A stretch of 64,000 bases of DNA from Candidatus Heimdallarchaeum aukensis (GCA_021513695.1 CP084166.1:2848001-2912000), one strand, 5' to 3'. Positions 49,019-59,870 are shown, counted from the stretch's first letter. Numbers and translations: made by a program. The notes: a model not told the origin generated them from the sequence alone.

Positions 49019-50458
49019 TTTTTTATTAGTAATATAGAGGAAAATTAGAGGAATTAAGATATTTAAAAGATAAAATGGAGATGAAGTTGTTTCTTTTTTA
49101 CCCTCAGGAAAAGGATCGTAAGAATGAGCTGGACCATCTATTGAGTAAACACCTTCCTTTTCGTAATCTGACCAATAATTCCCCTTTTTGGTTTCTTTAT
49201 CATACCAAATATTATTTTGTCCCTCGTCATACGCTTGACTGTTTCCCAGAAAGTTATTATTAATGAATAAATTGTGGTGAACTAAAACCAGACTACTGTT
49301 CGATTTGAGAAGAATTGCGTAGTTAATATTTTGTTCAAAAGTGTTGTAAACTATGGAACAATTAAATGAGTCATCAATTTCTATTCCATAATAATTCCTA
49401 AAAAATAAATTATCACATAAGTAAATGTTTGAAGAAAAATAGATATTAATAGCTGTTTGTGATGAATAAGAAATAATATTCTTATCAAGTATAACATTTT
49501 CAGATTTAGAAACAATAATGGATTCTTGATGTGTATCCTTCAAAGTAGAATTGGTTATAATTATATCCTCAGAATTGTAGATATAGATTCCTGTGTCTGA
49601 ATCTGTTATATTCAAATTTGTAATAGTTAGGTTAAAACAATTAATAATCATCAAAAAACCTAAGTCTCCTGAGATGATTTTTCCTTCTGTATCAATATGA
49701 ATAGATATTGGTAATCCATTTATCAAATTATTAGAAAAGAAACAAGAATTGTACATTTCAGTCTCTTGCTCATAAAAGAAAATAATGTCATGTATCAAAT
49801 AGTTTGAACTAAAATTTGAAAAATAAGAGAATACAGAATAGATTCCATACCCTAAATTGTCCTCTATTACATTTTTATATACTGTTGAATTATTTGCTAC
49901 ATCCAAGAGAATTCCATGTCCTCCATTTTTTCTAATATGGTTTGAGGAGATAGTAGTAAAGTGTGAAGAAGAGATCTTAATGCCTGAATTCTTATGGTTT
50001 TCAATCGTATTATTTTCAATTACAGATGAATCAGTATAAAGTATCTCTATTCCATAATTTGATTGAACAATGGTGTTATTCTTGATAACAGCTGTTCCAT
50101 TTGCAACAAAAGCAATGTAAATTGCACTTCTTGTTTGACCAGCATTAATAAAACAATTCTGAATAACAAAATGGACACTCGTTCCTTTGATATAAATGCC
50201 AGATAAATAGGGAGTGCTAATTGAATAGTTTTCTATTCGATAAGGATTTTCTCTTGTTCCATTACCAGGAAAAAGAGAAAATTGCTCATCGGAAGAAATA
50301 ATGATAGGGTCATGTTTTCTAAGCTCAGAAAAACTTTGTTTTTTATTTTCTTTGGAAAAACCTTCAACAGTAACTATTGAACTTAAAAAAATTATATCCA
50401 GTAAAAAAACCAGTAAAAAAAATTTGTGCTTCAAACAAATCCTCCACAAAGCCTCCAT
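48980..50458 (-). CDS. secreted/membrane-anchored parallel beta-helix protein (paralog of the 13417-16068 ectodomain)
   Basis: N-terminal signal FFLLVFLLDIIFLSSIV. PbH1-like repeats (NNTIVQSNYGIEILYTDSSVIENNTIENHKNSGIKISSS). Conserved C-terminal NYWSDYEKEGVYSIDGPAHSYDPFPE, compare GNYWYDWNGTGIYAIDGSANNFDPYPM in the paralog. C-terminal TM LLNILIPLIFLYI. Confidence 0.65.
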   Translation of the reverse strand: MEALWRICLKHKFFLLVFLLDIIFLSSIVTVEGFSKENKKQSFSELRKHDPIIISSDEQFSLFPGNGTRENPYRIENYSISTPYLSGIYIKGTSVHFVIQNCFINAGQTRSAIYIAFVANGTAVIKNNTIVQSNYGIEILYTDSSVIENNTIENHKNSGIKISSSHFTTISSNHIRKNGGHGILLDVANNSTVYKNVIEDNLGYGIYSVFSYFSNFSSNYLIHDIIFFYEQETEMYNSCFFSNNLINGLPISIHIDTEGKIISGDLGFLMIINCFNLTITNLNITDSDTGIYIYNSEDIIITNSTLKDTHQESIIVSKSENVILDKNIISYSSQTAINIYFSSNIYLCDNLFFRNYYGIEIDDSFNCSIVYNTFEQNINYAILLKSNSSLVLVHHNLFINNNFLGNSQAYDEGQNNIWYDKETKKGNYWSDYEKEGVYSIDGPAHSYDPFPEGKKETTSSPFYLLNILIPLIFLYITNKKLRKRKIRQETLI

Positions 50459-51237
50459 TCATTATACCCGGCTAAGTAGACTCGTACATGCTTATAACCT
50501 ATGCTCTTTAACACTAAATAAACTAAAGCCGATTGAGCAGCGTTTTCACAATAAAGAACAACTGTCTTATCTTTTGTTATATCTAGCTGTTCTAAATCAT
50601 CTAATATTTTCTTTTCTTTTTTAAGTACAAAGAAATCAGGATGTTCTTCAAATAAATCCATCCACCAGTAAAATTTAGATCCAGGAATAGATCCTCCTTG
50701 CGAGTCCATTGTTCTGGAGAATTCAGAACGATTGTCAACAAAAACATAGTTCTCATTATAAATGTTAAGCATTATCTCATCTCTAGAAATAAAGATCTCT
50801 TCATTAGAATTTTTGATTTTTATGTTTCCAGGTTCGATATTAGGTATCTTTTTAGTTAATTTTTTTCCTTCATAAATCCATTTTTGTAAAGCTCCGTCAA
50901 TTAGTGAAATATTTGAGATTCCATAGTAGTGTAATGTCCAAGCAGCTAAAGAGCAGTTTAAATTAAAAACATCGTCAATAAGATAAATATAATCATCTTC
51001 GTTGATTCCAGCCTGTTGAAGAGTTTGTTCAACTATCTCTTTAGGTGGGATTTCGTTATACCCCTCGATATTTTTCCAAGAAAAAATAGAACTATCAATA
51101 AATACAGAGTTAGCTATATGCCCTTCTTCATATTTTGAATACTCTCTTAAATCAAGTATCTTATGGTTGTTCTGTTTAGTTTCTTCTTCGAACTTCTTTG
51201 TAGAAATGAAAATAGCTTTGGGATTAAGGTTCATCAT
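50431..51237 (-). CDS. tandem rhodanese-like domain protein (putative sulfurtransferase)
   Basis: 268 aa in two repeats. Second repeat has VVLYCENAAQSALV at the position of the rhodanese active-site Cys loop. First repeat appears inactive. Confidence 0.45.
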   Translation of the reverse strand: MMNLNPKAIFISTKKFEEETKQNNHKILDLREYSKYEEGHIANSVFIDSSIFSWKNIEGYNEIPPKEIVEQTLQQAGINEDDYIYLIDDVFNLNCSLAAWTLHYYGISNISLIDGALQKWIYEGKKLTKKIPNIEPGNIKIKNSNEEIFISRDEIMLNIYNENYVFVDNRSEFSRTMDSQGGSIPGSKFYWWMDLFEEHPDFFVLKKEKKILDDLEQLDITKDKTVVLYCENAAQSALVYLVLKSIGYKHVRVYLAGYNEWRLCGGFV

Positions 51238-51285
51238 GTTTATTTCACATAGCTAAATAATAATTTTTCTTTAGTCTCATGAGTT

Positions 51286-52308
51286 TTAACCCACTTTAGC
51301 TAAAGTTCCGACAAAAATTAGAGGGAGTGCAATAGTGACATCAGCGACAACAGTAACCATTTTGCTTTTAGAAGATGTTTTTCCCCAAGAAATAGCTTCA
51401 TCAAGTGAAGCTCCAGAAAGTCCACCAGTTTCTACTCTATCCATTGTTATCTGTATAGCATAATCGTAGGTCTTAGGAGACATTAATCTAGATTGGAAAA
51501 TGTAATTCTTAGGAACTCCACCACCTAAGAAGAAAGTCCCTGCCTTTTCTGCATCACGAGCTATCTGTTGAATCTTAGAAAGATCTTCCATATCATCAAT
51601 TAATATCTTATTCATTTGAGAAAAAAGCCAAGTCTGTAAACCCAGCACACTGTCTCCATAAGCAGGAATAAAAATAGGCACATTATTCTCATAGGCTGCT
51701 CGAACAAAAGAGTGTTGGTCAGAAATCCTTTCCCCAATGTAATTCATTAACTGATATGTTGGAATAATTAATTGATTATTCTCATTTTTGTATTTAGAAT
51801 AAATATCTTGTAGAATTGGCTGTATGTGATCTTCAAAATTCATAAACGATTCATCAGAAACAAAAGCGTCATAAATACGGTCAATTGATTTTTGACGTAA
51901 TTCTTCATCTGAGGAATAATTTATTCCTTTTACATGTTCTCCTCCAAAGGATTCAACTAAATCATGGGTTACGTTTGCTCCTGTAGTTACAATAACATGA
52001 ACCATTTTCTTCTTAATCATATCAGTAATGATGTGTCTCATTCCACCAGGGACTAAAGCTCCAGCCAAACCAAGAAAAATTGTAGCATTATCATTAATCA
52101 TTTCAGTGTAAATCTTTATAGCTTCAGCTATTCGTCCTGGCCCAAAAACTCCAGAATTGGCAAACTCATCCATAAGTTCAGAAACAGTTTGTTCTGCAAA
52201 GCAATTAATATGGTTAACTTTTGAAAATTTATTCTTTTTTTGATGGTTCATATGTCTCAAAAAGTAATTAACCTTTAGCTTCTTTAGCTTTTTTGATAAG
52301 GTATTCAA
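51286..52308 (-). CDS. dys: deoxyhypusine synthase
   Basis: IFLGLAGALVPGGMRHIITDMIKKKMVHVIVTTGAN aligns to eukaryotic DHS [36 protein letters not shown]. NAD/spermidine site GGGVPKNYI with the catalytic Lys. An internal Met (MNHQ...) is an alternative start. Confidence 0.8.
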   Translation of the reverse strand: MNTLSKKLKKLKVNYFLRHMNHQKKNKFSKVNHINCFAEQTVSELMDEFANSGVFGPGRIAEAIKIYTEMINDNATIFLGLAGALVPGGMRHIITDMIKKKMVHVIVTTGANVTHDLVESFGGEHVKGINYSSDEELRQKSIDRIYDAFVSDESFMNFEDHIQPILQDIYSKYKNENNQLIIPTYQLMNYIGERISDQHSFVRAAYENNVPIFIPAYGDSVLGLQTWLFSQMNKILIDDMEDLSKIQQIARDAEKAGTFFLGGGVPKNYIFQSRLMSPKTYDYAIQITMDRVETGGLSGASLDEAISWGKTSSKSKMVTVVADVTIALPLIFVGTLAKVG

Positions 52309-52546
52309 TTTCCTTAGCTCGGAAAGGAGATTCTTCTAACTCTGAATGGTCAATAGGACAAAGATAACGTTCTTCATCATTTACTTGTATCTTACCTAGA
52401 GGAACCTTACAAATGTATACCCTTCCGCAAGTTCGACAATAAAAAGTGCTGCGAGTATATTCTTCAAATAAATCAATATCAGTATCAACTAAGCAAAAAG
52501 GACAAGGAAACATGCATATTGTTGGTCTATAACTCTCTTTAGGCAT
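52268..52546 (-). CDS. small zinc-ribbon protein
   Basis: 92 aa. CPFC...CRTC and C...C...H pattern. Overlaps the DHS 5' end by 41 nt on the same strand, so likely co-transcribed. Confidence 0.35.
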   Translation of the reverse strand: MPKESYRPTICMFPCPFCLVDTDIDLFEEYTRSTFYCRTCGRVYICKVPLGKIQVNDEERYLCPIDHSELEESPFRAKEIEYLIKKAKEAKG

Positions 52547-52897
52547 TATTATTCACTAAGTTGATACAGTATAATGTTATTATTATAATATATCAATTTT
52601 TTCCTATAAAAAAAAGAGCTCTTAACTCCACAGAGATGGGTTACACTTTAGGGATAAATGATTTATTGGTGGATGTTAGTTTGAAAAGAATATCAAATCT
52701 GTGTTGAATTAAATATAATTTTTATTAAGTAATTGCTAGCTGTCTAATAACTTTGAAGCTAAAAAATAAGGGATTATCTTTAATGTTGCAGATATTTATC
52801 AATCCTTTTAGTACCCTGTTTTTCATTCGTTTCAGTATACTACTAGATGAGCGAAGAGAGAAAGAAAAGTTACTGAAAAATAGGCCGCATAAAAGAA

Positions 52898-54853
52898 TCA
52901 ATTATTTTTTATCCTTTTTCTTGAACTCAAAAGTATAATAGCAAAAATGAACACGATTTCACAATACATTGTCTTTGATGTAGTTATATTGTTGGGGACA
53001 TAGAAGTTGATGTTGTGCGTCTCTGAAACATATACATTACCATAGACATCATAAGTTTTTATTGTGTAAGGAACAAGTGAATCTGTATAATTGATTACAT
53101 AATAATATAAAGTATAGGAATAAAGAGTATTATCTACCTTAACCATTGGAACAGAAACAATACCGAAAAGTGTAGTAGTAACTGATAATAATACTAGTTC
53201 TAAGTCTGCACCTGTAACATTTGCAGTAATAGTTATTTTCGTATAATCGAAACCAGCTGGCTTTCTTGGATTAGCAGGACAATGTTCTATATTAGAAACT
53301 GATAGGTTGACATTATCGATTAAGTTAACGTTTTTAATCATCTTAAAAGGAGAAACAGATGCTAAACTCGCATAGTTTTTAGAAGTGAATAGAAAATCGT
53401 AATAACCATCTCCATCTGTGTCGACTGGATTATGTAAAAGAGATGGACTAAAGTAATTGAACCAACTATCATCATTTTGTTGAAAATTGGTTTGTTCATT
53501 AGTTTGTTTATAGAGTAATTTTCCTCTATCTTTTGTCTTAAGAAAAGAAGAAATAACATTAGGGGGTAAGCTAAAATCTTCATCAATATCAATAAAATTG
53601 TTTTTCTGGAGAGTAAATTTTTTGTATTTTGGTGATTGATCGAATTCAATAAACGTTTCATATTGAGATGTAGTTAATGCGAAAAGATTTCCTTGCCATA
53701 AACCTGAAAGTTCTTGAGTATTCCAAACTAAAAAGGGGATATGAAGAAATATGTTATTCAATAATTTCAAATAGTGAACGCCAGTTATATTTACGAAGGT
53801 ATATGCATAATATCTTCCAGTGTTGAAAATATTTTCTTCAAAAGTAATATTGTCAATCTGGTTTAAGTCCAGAATAAAAATGCTTCTCGTCATTATATTA
53901 CAGTTGTGCAAATTGAAACTATTAAATAAATTATGAAAAAAGTAGTAACTTCCGTTTCCTTGAATTTCTATTAACTTTGCGACTAAATTAAATTCAAAAT
54001 AAAACGATGCTGTTGCAAAAGCTTTTTCTGATTTTACAATATTATTTTCTACTCTAGCAGACGAATTTGAAAGATATAGGAAAGCATAATAATTGTAAAT
54101 GGTGTTGTTGATAAGTTTTATATCTGCTCCATGAGCTTGAATTGAAGCTCTTTTATAAAAAGACATTATGTTGATAATAGCATAAGTATCTAATTCATCT
54201 TCCGATACCAGAAAATCAAGAGTCGAATTATTTATTTCTAAAGAAGAGTTTTCATAGGTATTAAATTCAAAAATGTGAGCTATCTTTGAAAAATTTGAAT
54301 AATCAATTTTTTTTAATTTTAAGACCGTATTAATTATTGTTAAATTACCGTAAATGGAGATAAAGTGTGTAGAGAGGTTCCATGTTTTTACTGTGTTTAT
54401 ATCCTCTGATGAGAGATTAAAAAATACTTGACACATGTTAAAAGTCAGGCTCCCTTGAGGTTGAATTGTTATGTTTCCTTCAATAATAATGCTACAATTA
54501 ACAAAACTCATTTTTTTATCTACTATCAAGTTATTGAATGTGCATGAGTTAGAAAAACTCCTTACTTTCCCGAGTTTTTTATTTGTTTGAGACTCCTGTG
54601 ATACTTCACGATCTTGTTCATTTTTATTTTCAACTTCGTTCGTTTCTATTATCCCTTTATCCCTAATTACGCTATTATTAACATTGCTAAACTCATTAAA
54701 GGCACTTAACGTGTTAAATAATAATATGATAAAAATAAATATACATATGCCTTTTAATATTATTTTCTTTCTCATTATAATTGTCTTTTCTTTTTTGTAT
54801 AAATGTTTTACTATTTTTAAAAAAAGGAAAGGACTTATGTTGGGCCTATCCAA
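52898..54853 (-). CDS. secreted/membrane-anchored beta-helix-like surface protein (third family member)
   Basis: N-terminal signal/TM IILKGICIFIFIILLFNTLSA. Asn-rich repeats with NN(I/T)... beta-helix rungs. One DTDGDGYYD Ca-binding-like motif. C-terminal TM YCEIVFIFAIILLSS. 651 aa. Confidence 0.5.
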   Translation of the reverse strand: MDRPNISPFLFLKIVKHLYKKEKTIIMRKKIILKGICIFIFIILLFNTLSAFNEFSNVNNSVIRDKGIIETNEVENKNEQDREVSQESQTNKKLGKVRSFSNSCTFNNLIVDKKMSFVNCSIIIEGNITIQPQGSLTFNMCQVFFNLSSEDINTVKTWNLSTHFISIYGNLTIINTVLKLKKIDYSNFSKIAHIFEFNTYENSSLEINNSTLDFLVSEDELDTYAIINIMSFYKRASIQAHGADIKLINNTIYNYYAFLYLSNSSARVENNIVKSEKAFATASFYFEFNLVAKLIEIQGNGSYYFFHNLFNSFNLHNCNIMTRSIFILDLNQIDNITFEENIFNTGRYYAYTFVNITGVHYLKLLNNIFLHIPFLVWNTQELSGLWQGNLFALTTSQYETFIEFDQSPKYKKFTLQKNNFIDIDEDFSLPPNVISSFLKTKDRGKLLYKQTNEQTNFQQNDDSWFNYFSPSLLHNPVDTDGDGYYDFLFTSKNYASLASVSPFKMIKNVNLIDNVNLSVSNIEHCPANPRKPAGFDYTKITITANVTGADLELVLLSVTTTLFGIVSVPMVKVDNTLYSYTLYYYVINYTDSLVPYTIKTYDVYGNVYVSETHNINFYVPNNITTSKTMYCEIVFIFAIILLSSRKRIKNN

Positions 54854-55032
54854 TATACGAAATTTTGAATATTTATATCCTCTGGCCCGTCTATAAATGT
54901 GAATATGAATATAAGTAACAATCTATCAAATTATCTATATCTTCGAGATGAATTAGCCCATAAGTTGTTGATGAAGAAATTTAGTCATTTGAAAAGGTTA
55001 AATTTATTTGTTCATATCTTAACTATTTAAAA

Positions 55033-55833
55033 TTAATACCATTTCTTAAATGGAGGAAAGTGAAGAACATCATTAGCACTTTCTAATAGAACAAAAGATT
55101 CAAATTCTAAGAGTTCGACATTATTTCTTAAAATAGGAGAAAGCAATGAAGACTGATCCTTGGGCATGATGGGATTTCCACCTGAATAAGAAGAAAAGGC
55201 AGGAAGAACAATTAATTTTCTATGATTTGCGTTTTTTACCTTTTCTCCATCAAGAGGGCCAATAAGTAAAGATTTCTGTTTTACCACTTGCAATTCATCT
55301 ATTTTAATATGAAATAATGGGTGTTCATGGCCTATTAGAACAAATTCAACACTTTCAGGTAAATCCTCTGGAAGATTTTTATGTCCGTGTGTAAAGAAAT
55401 AACGTTCAATTACTAGATCTTCAACAAGTTTACAATTTTCTATATCTCTAGTAACCCAAGAAAGGAAAACATCGTGATTGCCTTTCACAATGATTATTTC
55501 TTTTATAAAAAGTGAAACTATATTTAAAAATTCTTTAACTTCTTTATTTTCAACTTTTGTTGGTTCGTTAAAACTATGTTTTAGATCACCGTTGATAATT
55601 AATTTTTTAGGTTTTATATTTCTAATGTAAAACAAAATTTTCTTAGTAAGTTTCTCACTCTGCGTTTCAAGAACAGTTACACCATCTTCTGCCATAATAG
55701 TTTCTAATCCTAAATGAACATCTGCAATTACTAAAGAATGAATATCCTTAAGATAAACAACTGGTGAAGCATCTAGAATATTGATATCTTCAGCTATTGG
55801 AAAAAAAATTATTCCTTCTTGCGAATCATGCAT
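55033..55833 (-). CDS. calcineurin-like metallophosphoesterase
   Basis: Motifs VIADVHLG (DxH), INGDLKH (GDxxD-like), VKGNHD (GNHD/E) and LIGHEHP (GH). 266 aa. Confidence 0.7.
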   Translation of the reverse strand: MHDSQEGIIFFPIAEDINILDASPVVYLKDIHSLVIADVHLGLETIMAEDGVTVLETQSEKLTKKILFYIRNIKPKKLIINGDLKHSFNEPTKVENKEVKEFLNIVSLFIKEIIIVKGNHDVFLSWVTRDIENCKLVEDLVIERYFFTHGHKNLPEDLPESVEFVLIGHEHPLFHIKIDELQVVKQKSLLIGPLDGEKVKNANHRKLIVLPAFSSYSGGNPIMPKDQSSLLSPILRNNVELLEFESFVLLESANDVLHFPPFKKWY

Positions 55834-56108
55834 TTAATTAACATTTTCACTTCTGGTCTTAAATCCTCCTTTTTTTTCAGTTTGTATAGAAAAAAGAAAA
55901 AATGCTATACATTACGAGTTCAATAGATTTAGTTTTATTATTTTATTCTAGTGAAGAAAGGTTATTAGAAAATTTGTGGATTATTAACTGATTCAAAACA
56001 AAAAATACTTCCATTTTCAATAAGTTTTTACTCTTTTGTCTTGAATCTCTTTTTCACGGATGTGCAAAAAAAAGAAAAAAATATATAAATGATGAAAGAA
56101 TTATTGCA

Positions 56109-56591
56109 TTGATGAACTATCGTAAAAAAATTGTAGTGTTTATACTTTTAGTTGTAGGTCTTTCTTTAGTTGGATCAAGAGTTTCAGCTTGTACCGAGGT
56201 TTACTCTTCCGAAACTAACATTCTCTCAACTCACATATTAACTGCCTATTATTCTGATTTAGAGGACAAAGGAGTAGAAAATGATATTTTTACATCCATT
56301 TACATTTCTTTTGACTCTCCGTATTATTATAACCATTTGTATTGTTATGTTGAACTTACACTTCCTTCAGGATACTACTATTCTTATCTGATATCTATTG
56401 AGTTCTATGGAGTATATGAAATTACTCTTCCAATTTACATGTATAATCATGCAACTGAAAGTGGGGATTATATTTTATATGTAGCTTCATTTTTCGCATG
56501 TAGTAATCATTATTTAGCTGAATCACTTGTTATCTTTGATCCTCCTGGTGGAACTGATGGAGCAGATCCTCCCAGAATAGAAGTTGGATAA
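56109..56591 (+). CDS. small secreted protein
   Basis: 160 aa. N-terminal signal-like IVVFILLVVGLSLVGSRVSA. Tyr-rich. No known motif. Confidence 0.3.
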   Translation: MMNYRKKIVVFILLVVGLSLVGSRVSACTEVYSSETNILSTHILTAYYSDLEDKGVENDIFTSIYISFDSPYYYNHLYCYVELTLPSGYYYSYLISIEFYGVYEITLPIYMYNHATESGDYILYVASFFACSNHYLAESLVIFDPPGGTDGADPPRIEVG

Positions 56592-56638
56592 TGAAAAAAG
56601 TAATACTGCTCCAGAATATAGTTAAGATGCTATAAAAA

Positions 56639-57781
56639 TTGGTGAAACATTTGTACTTAGATAAAAATGAGTATGAAGTACTGCTAGCCTTACAAAAAGA
56701 TCCCCTTGCTAGTATTAGCGATATTAGAGAAGATATAAGTAAACGTGATTCCAAAGAAAGATCTTTTTATAGTGTAAAAAAGGCCTTTACTTCACTTTTA
56801 GAAAAAGGAATAATTAAGAACTTTGCTGCCTCTATTGATCCCAGTAAAATAGGCCTAGAAAAGAGAAGTTACTTTTTTAATACATCTTCATTCAAGAAAA
56901 CTCAAGAGTTAGAAAAAATATTGGATAGCCATAACTACAGTAGATACAGATGTCGAGCTATCACAGGACCAAAGACTGGTCTGTATGTGGAATTTGAGAT
57001 TCCTCCAGGTACAGAAGGATACATTGAAGAGTTAATAGACATTTTAACAAAAAAACAATATATTTTCAACGTTTTGGAGCTTGGGAAAGAAGAAAATGTA
57101 ATTCAAACAAATATAAATCTTAAATTTATTGACCCTTCTTCTTTGCAGTGGACTTTCAATTTTGAAGAATGGATAAATGGGAACGAAAAAAATGATGGGA
57201 ATACTATTAAGATAGCATCTAAAATCGAAAAAAAGAAAATAAATGAAACTGATCTATGGCTTATGCGAATATTAACTATTAATCCTCGACAAAAAAATAA
57301 AGATCTATTACAGAATTTACAAGAAGAAAAGAAAAAACTAACTGGAACAGAGTTACAGAAAGATCTTACAACCATTTCAAGAAGAAAAAACTATATCTTG
57401 GAAAACTATATCGGTGATACTCAAGTTTTGATAAATTCAGAAATTTTTTCATTGGATGTTAGGATGATTTTTAATGTTATAATGAAGAAAAAGTATGTTG
57501 AGGAGATAAAAAAGAAATTAATTAACAACCCTCTACCATTCAGAACAAATTTCGTTGAAACGAAAAAAGGTTTTAGATGGTACATCTATCGTTCTCCAAC
57601 TAGTTATGTTAACCAATTAACAAATTGGATATGGTCAATGGACCCAGAGTGTATGAGAACAATACATTGGTTGCCTTTTGGGCGGTTATACTGGTTTTAC
57701 CCATTAAACTATGATTTAGAAACAACTGATTGGAAGAAGAGTAGAGAACATTTCTTTGATCCAATACAAAAATTTCTATAA
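56639..57781 (+). CDS. tandem winged-helix (Lrp/AsnC-type HTH) domain protein
   Basis: N-terminal LDKNEYEVLLALQKDPLASISDIREDISKRDSKERSFYSVKKAFTSLLEKGII matches the Lrp/AsnC HTH pattern. Second HTH-like TDLWLMRILTINPRQKNKDL. 380 aa, no ligand-binding RAM domain recognised. Confidence 0.45.
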   Translation: MVKHLYLDKNEYEVLLALQKDPLASISDIREDISKRDSKERSFYSVKKAFTSLLEKGIIKNFAASIDPSKIGLEKRSYFFNTSSFKKTQELEKILDSHNYSRYRCRAITGPKTGLYVEFEIPPGTEGYIEELIDILTKKQYIFNVLELGKEENVIQTNINLKFIDPSSLQWTFNFEEWINGNEKNDGNTIKIASKIEKKKINETDLWLMRILTINPRQKNKDLLQNLQEEKKKLTGTELQKDLTTISRRKNYILENYIGDTQVLINSEIFSLDVRMIFNVIMKKKYVEEIKKKLINNPLPFRTNFVETKKGFRWYIYRSPTSYVNQLTNWIWSMDPECMRTIHWLPFGRLYWFYPLNYDLETTDWKKSREHFFDPIQKFL

Positions 57782-57860
57782 TTTGCTACGATAAACTAAT
57801 TTTTTTTGTTGGATTTACTTTCCCAAAATCTTTTATTCTTTTGAATCTCCTTGTATTCAA

Positions 57861-59123
57861 ATGATAAATGAAGAAATGAGAAAATTTATATTAAATGATT
57901 CAGTAGAACGCTTTATTAAATATGTTCAAGTTGAAACTACTTCTGACGAAAATTCTTCGTCTAATCCTTCAACCAAGGAACAATTAGAGTTAGGAAAAAT
58001 ACTTGTTCAAGAACTAGAATCGTTAGGACTTAAAGAAGTGGAACTTGATGAATTTGGTTATGTATATGCTACTCTTCCTGCAAGTGAAGGTTATGAAAAC
58101 GTCGAACCTATTGGTCTCATAGCACATATAGATACTTCTCCTGCAGTATCAGGGAAAAACGTTAAGCCTATTGTTCATAAAAAATATGATGGTGGTACGA
58201 TTACTTTTCCTAAAGATCCAGAGTTAACTTTGTCAAAAGAAGACTCAAAGGAGTTAGAAGAATATGTCGGTTTAGATATAATTACGGCTTCTGGAGATAC
58301 ACTTTTAGGTGCAGATGACAAAGCTGGAGTAGCTGAAATAATGACTGCAATATCTACTTGGCAAAAATACCCGTCTTTGAATCATGGAGAAATAAAAATA
58401 TGTTTTACCCCAGATGAGGAAGTGGGTAGAGGAACAGAAAAAATTAACAAAGAAAGATTACCTAAATACTGCTATACCTTTGATGGTGGAGAGATGGGTG
58501 AATTAGAAACAGAATGTTTTGACGCTTGGTCTGTAAAGCTAACATTTGTTGGACTAAGTGTTCACCCTGGATATGCAAAAAACAAAATGATTAATGCAAT
58601 AGATGTTGCTTGTAGGTTCTTCTCTCAGATTCCAGAATATGAAACTCCAGAAAGAACTGAAAAAAGAGAAGGATTTTACCATTTGCACAATCTCTCAGGT
58701 AATGCAGAAATTGCAGAAGGAAAAATGATAATTAGAGATTTTAACGTAGAAAAAAATGAAAAAAGAATAGATTATATCAAATCACTGATTTCAGCTTACG
58801 AAAGAAGATACCCTGGCCTAAAAATTGAGTTAGAGTACAAACATAGCTACGAAAATATGAAAGTTTATCTTGAACCACATAAACATATAGTTGATCACGC
58901 TGAAAAAGCAATTGAAAGAGCAGGACTAGAAGTGAAGTACACGGCAATAAGAGGGGGTACAGATGGAGCACGATTGTCTGCTCAAGGAATACCTACTCCA
59001 AACATTTTCGCTGGAGGTTTATTGTTCCATTCAAGAAAAGAATATATTCCTACTCTCGCTATTCAAAAAGCAGTAGAAGTAATCATTTACTTGGCAGATG
59101 AATGGACTAAAAAAACTAACTAA
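57861..59123 (+). CDS. pepT: peptidase T (M20B tripeptidase)
   Basis: N-terminal ERFIKYVQVETTS. LIAHIDTSP. Metal ligands GADDKAGVAEIM. 420 aa, typical PepT length. Confidence 0.8.
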   Translation: MINEEMRKFILNDSVERFIKYVQVETTSDENSSSNPSTKEQLELGKILVQELESLGLKEVELDEFGYVYATLPASEGYENVEPIGLIAHIDTSPAVSGKNVKPIVHKKYDGGTITFPKDPELTLSKEDSKELEEYVGLDIITASGDTLLGADDKAGVAEIMTAISTWQKYPSLNHGEIKICFTPDEEVGRGTEKINKERLPKYCYTFDGGEMGELETECFDAWSVKLTFVGLSVHPGYAKNKMINAIDVACRFFSQIPEYETPERTEKREGFYHLHNLSGNAEIAEGKMIIRDFNVEKNEKRIDYIKSLISAYERRYPGLKIELEYKHSYENMKVYLEPHKHIVDHAEKAIERAGLEVKYTAIRGGTDGARLSAQGIPTPNIFAGGLLFHSRKEYIPTLAIQKAVEVIIYLADEWTKKTN

Positions 59124-59130
59124 TCTTTTC

Positions 59131-59763
59131 TTATTCTTTCAGAAATGGTAATATCCTCAAAGCTTTTGAAATTATGTTCGCAATACCCCCCATTATTTTT
59201 GCTATAGCTACAACAAGTTCTGCTTGTTGCCACGAGTAATTATTCGATAGAACATTGTATTGAATTAAGCGTATGTGTTCATTTACTGCGAATTCTAGTT
59301 CTCCCAGATGCCAGCTTTTATCGTTTTTTTCTTTTTTTGAACTAAAATTAGCTACCTCTTTTACAAAGAAGTTGACAGAATAACTTACAGTTTTATTTAG
59401 AGAAATAAGTTCATCCATTGCTATGTTTGAAAGTTCATACTGTTTAATAGAAAAAAAAGAGTGTAGAAGATAAAATTTAGAAGAAACTTCTTTCAAATAA
59501 GTAAAAAATGTTTCATACATAAACAAAGTCTTGTTATCTTTAATGACGCTATTTGCTAAAACAAACGATATTTCATCGATGAAACGATGAACATTTTCGT
59601 AATACTGTTTCATTATTATACTTCTTTCCTCAAAATTTGGAAGAAAATATAAAGTTTGAGAAATTAATTCTTCCATTCTTTCAAAAGTTGTAGCAGCGAT
59701 ACTAGAACATTGAAGTAAAGAGTTAATAAAATTAAGTTTATTCTTGACTTCTTTTTTCCCCAT
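59131..59763 (-). CDS. hypothetical protein
   Basis: 210-aa ORF, helical, no recognisable motif. Confidence 0.3.
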   Translation of the reverse strand: MGKKEVKNKLNFINSLLQCSSIAATTFERMEELISQTLYFLPNFEERSIIMKQYYENVHRFIDEISFVLANSVIKDNKTLFMYETFFTYLKEVSSKFYLLHSFFSIKQYELSNIAMDELISLNKTVSYSVNFFVKEVANFSSKKEKNDKSWHLGELEFAVNEHIRLIQYNVLSNNYSWQQAELVVAIAKIMGGIANIISKALRILPFLKE

Positions 59764-59870
59764 TTTTTTCCCCGTAATATAAACTTTAATTATTTAAAAA
59801 TATTAAATTTTCGGAAAACAAAATTAGATGTTTAAAGAAAAAAATGAAATAGGTACTTAAATCTATTAAA

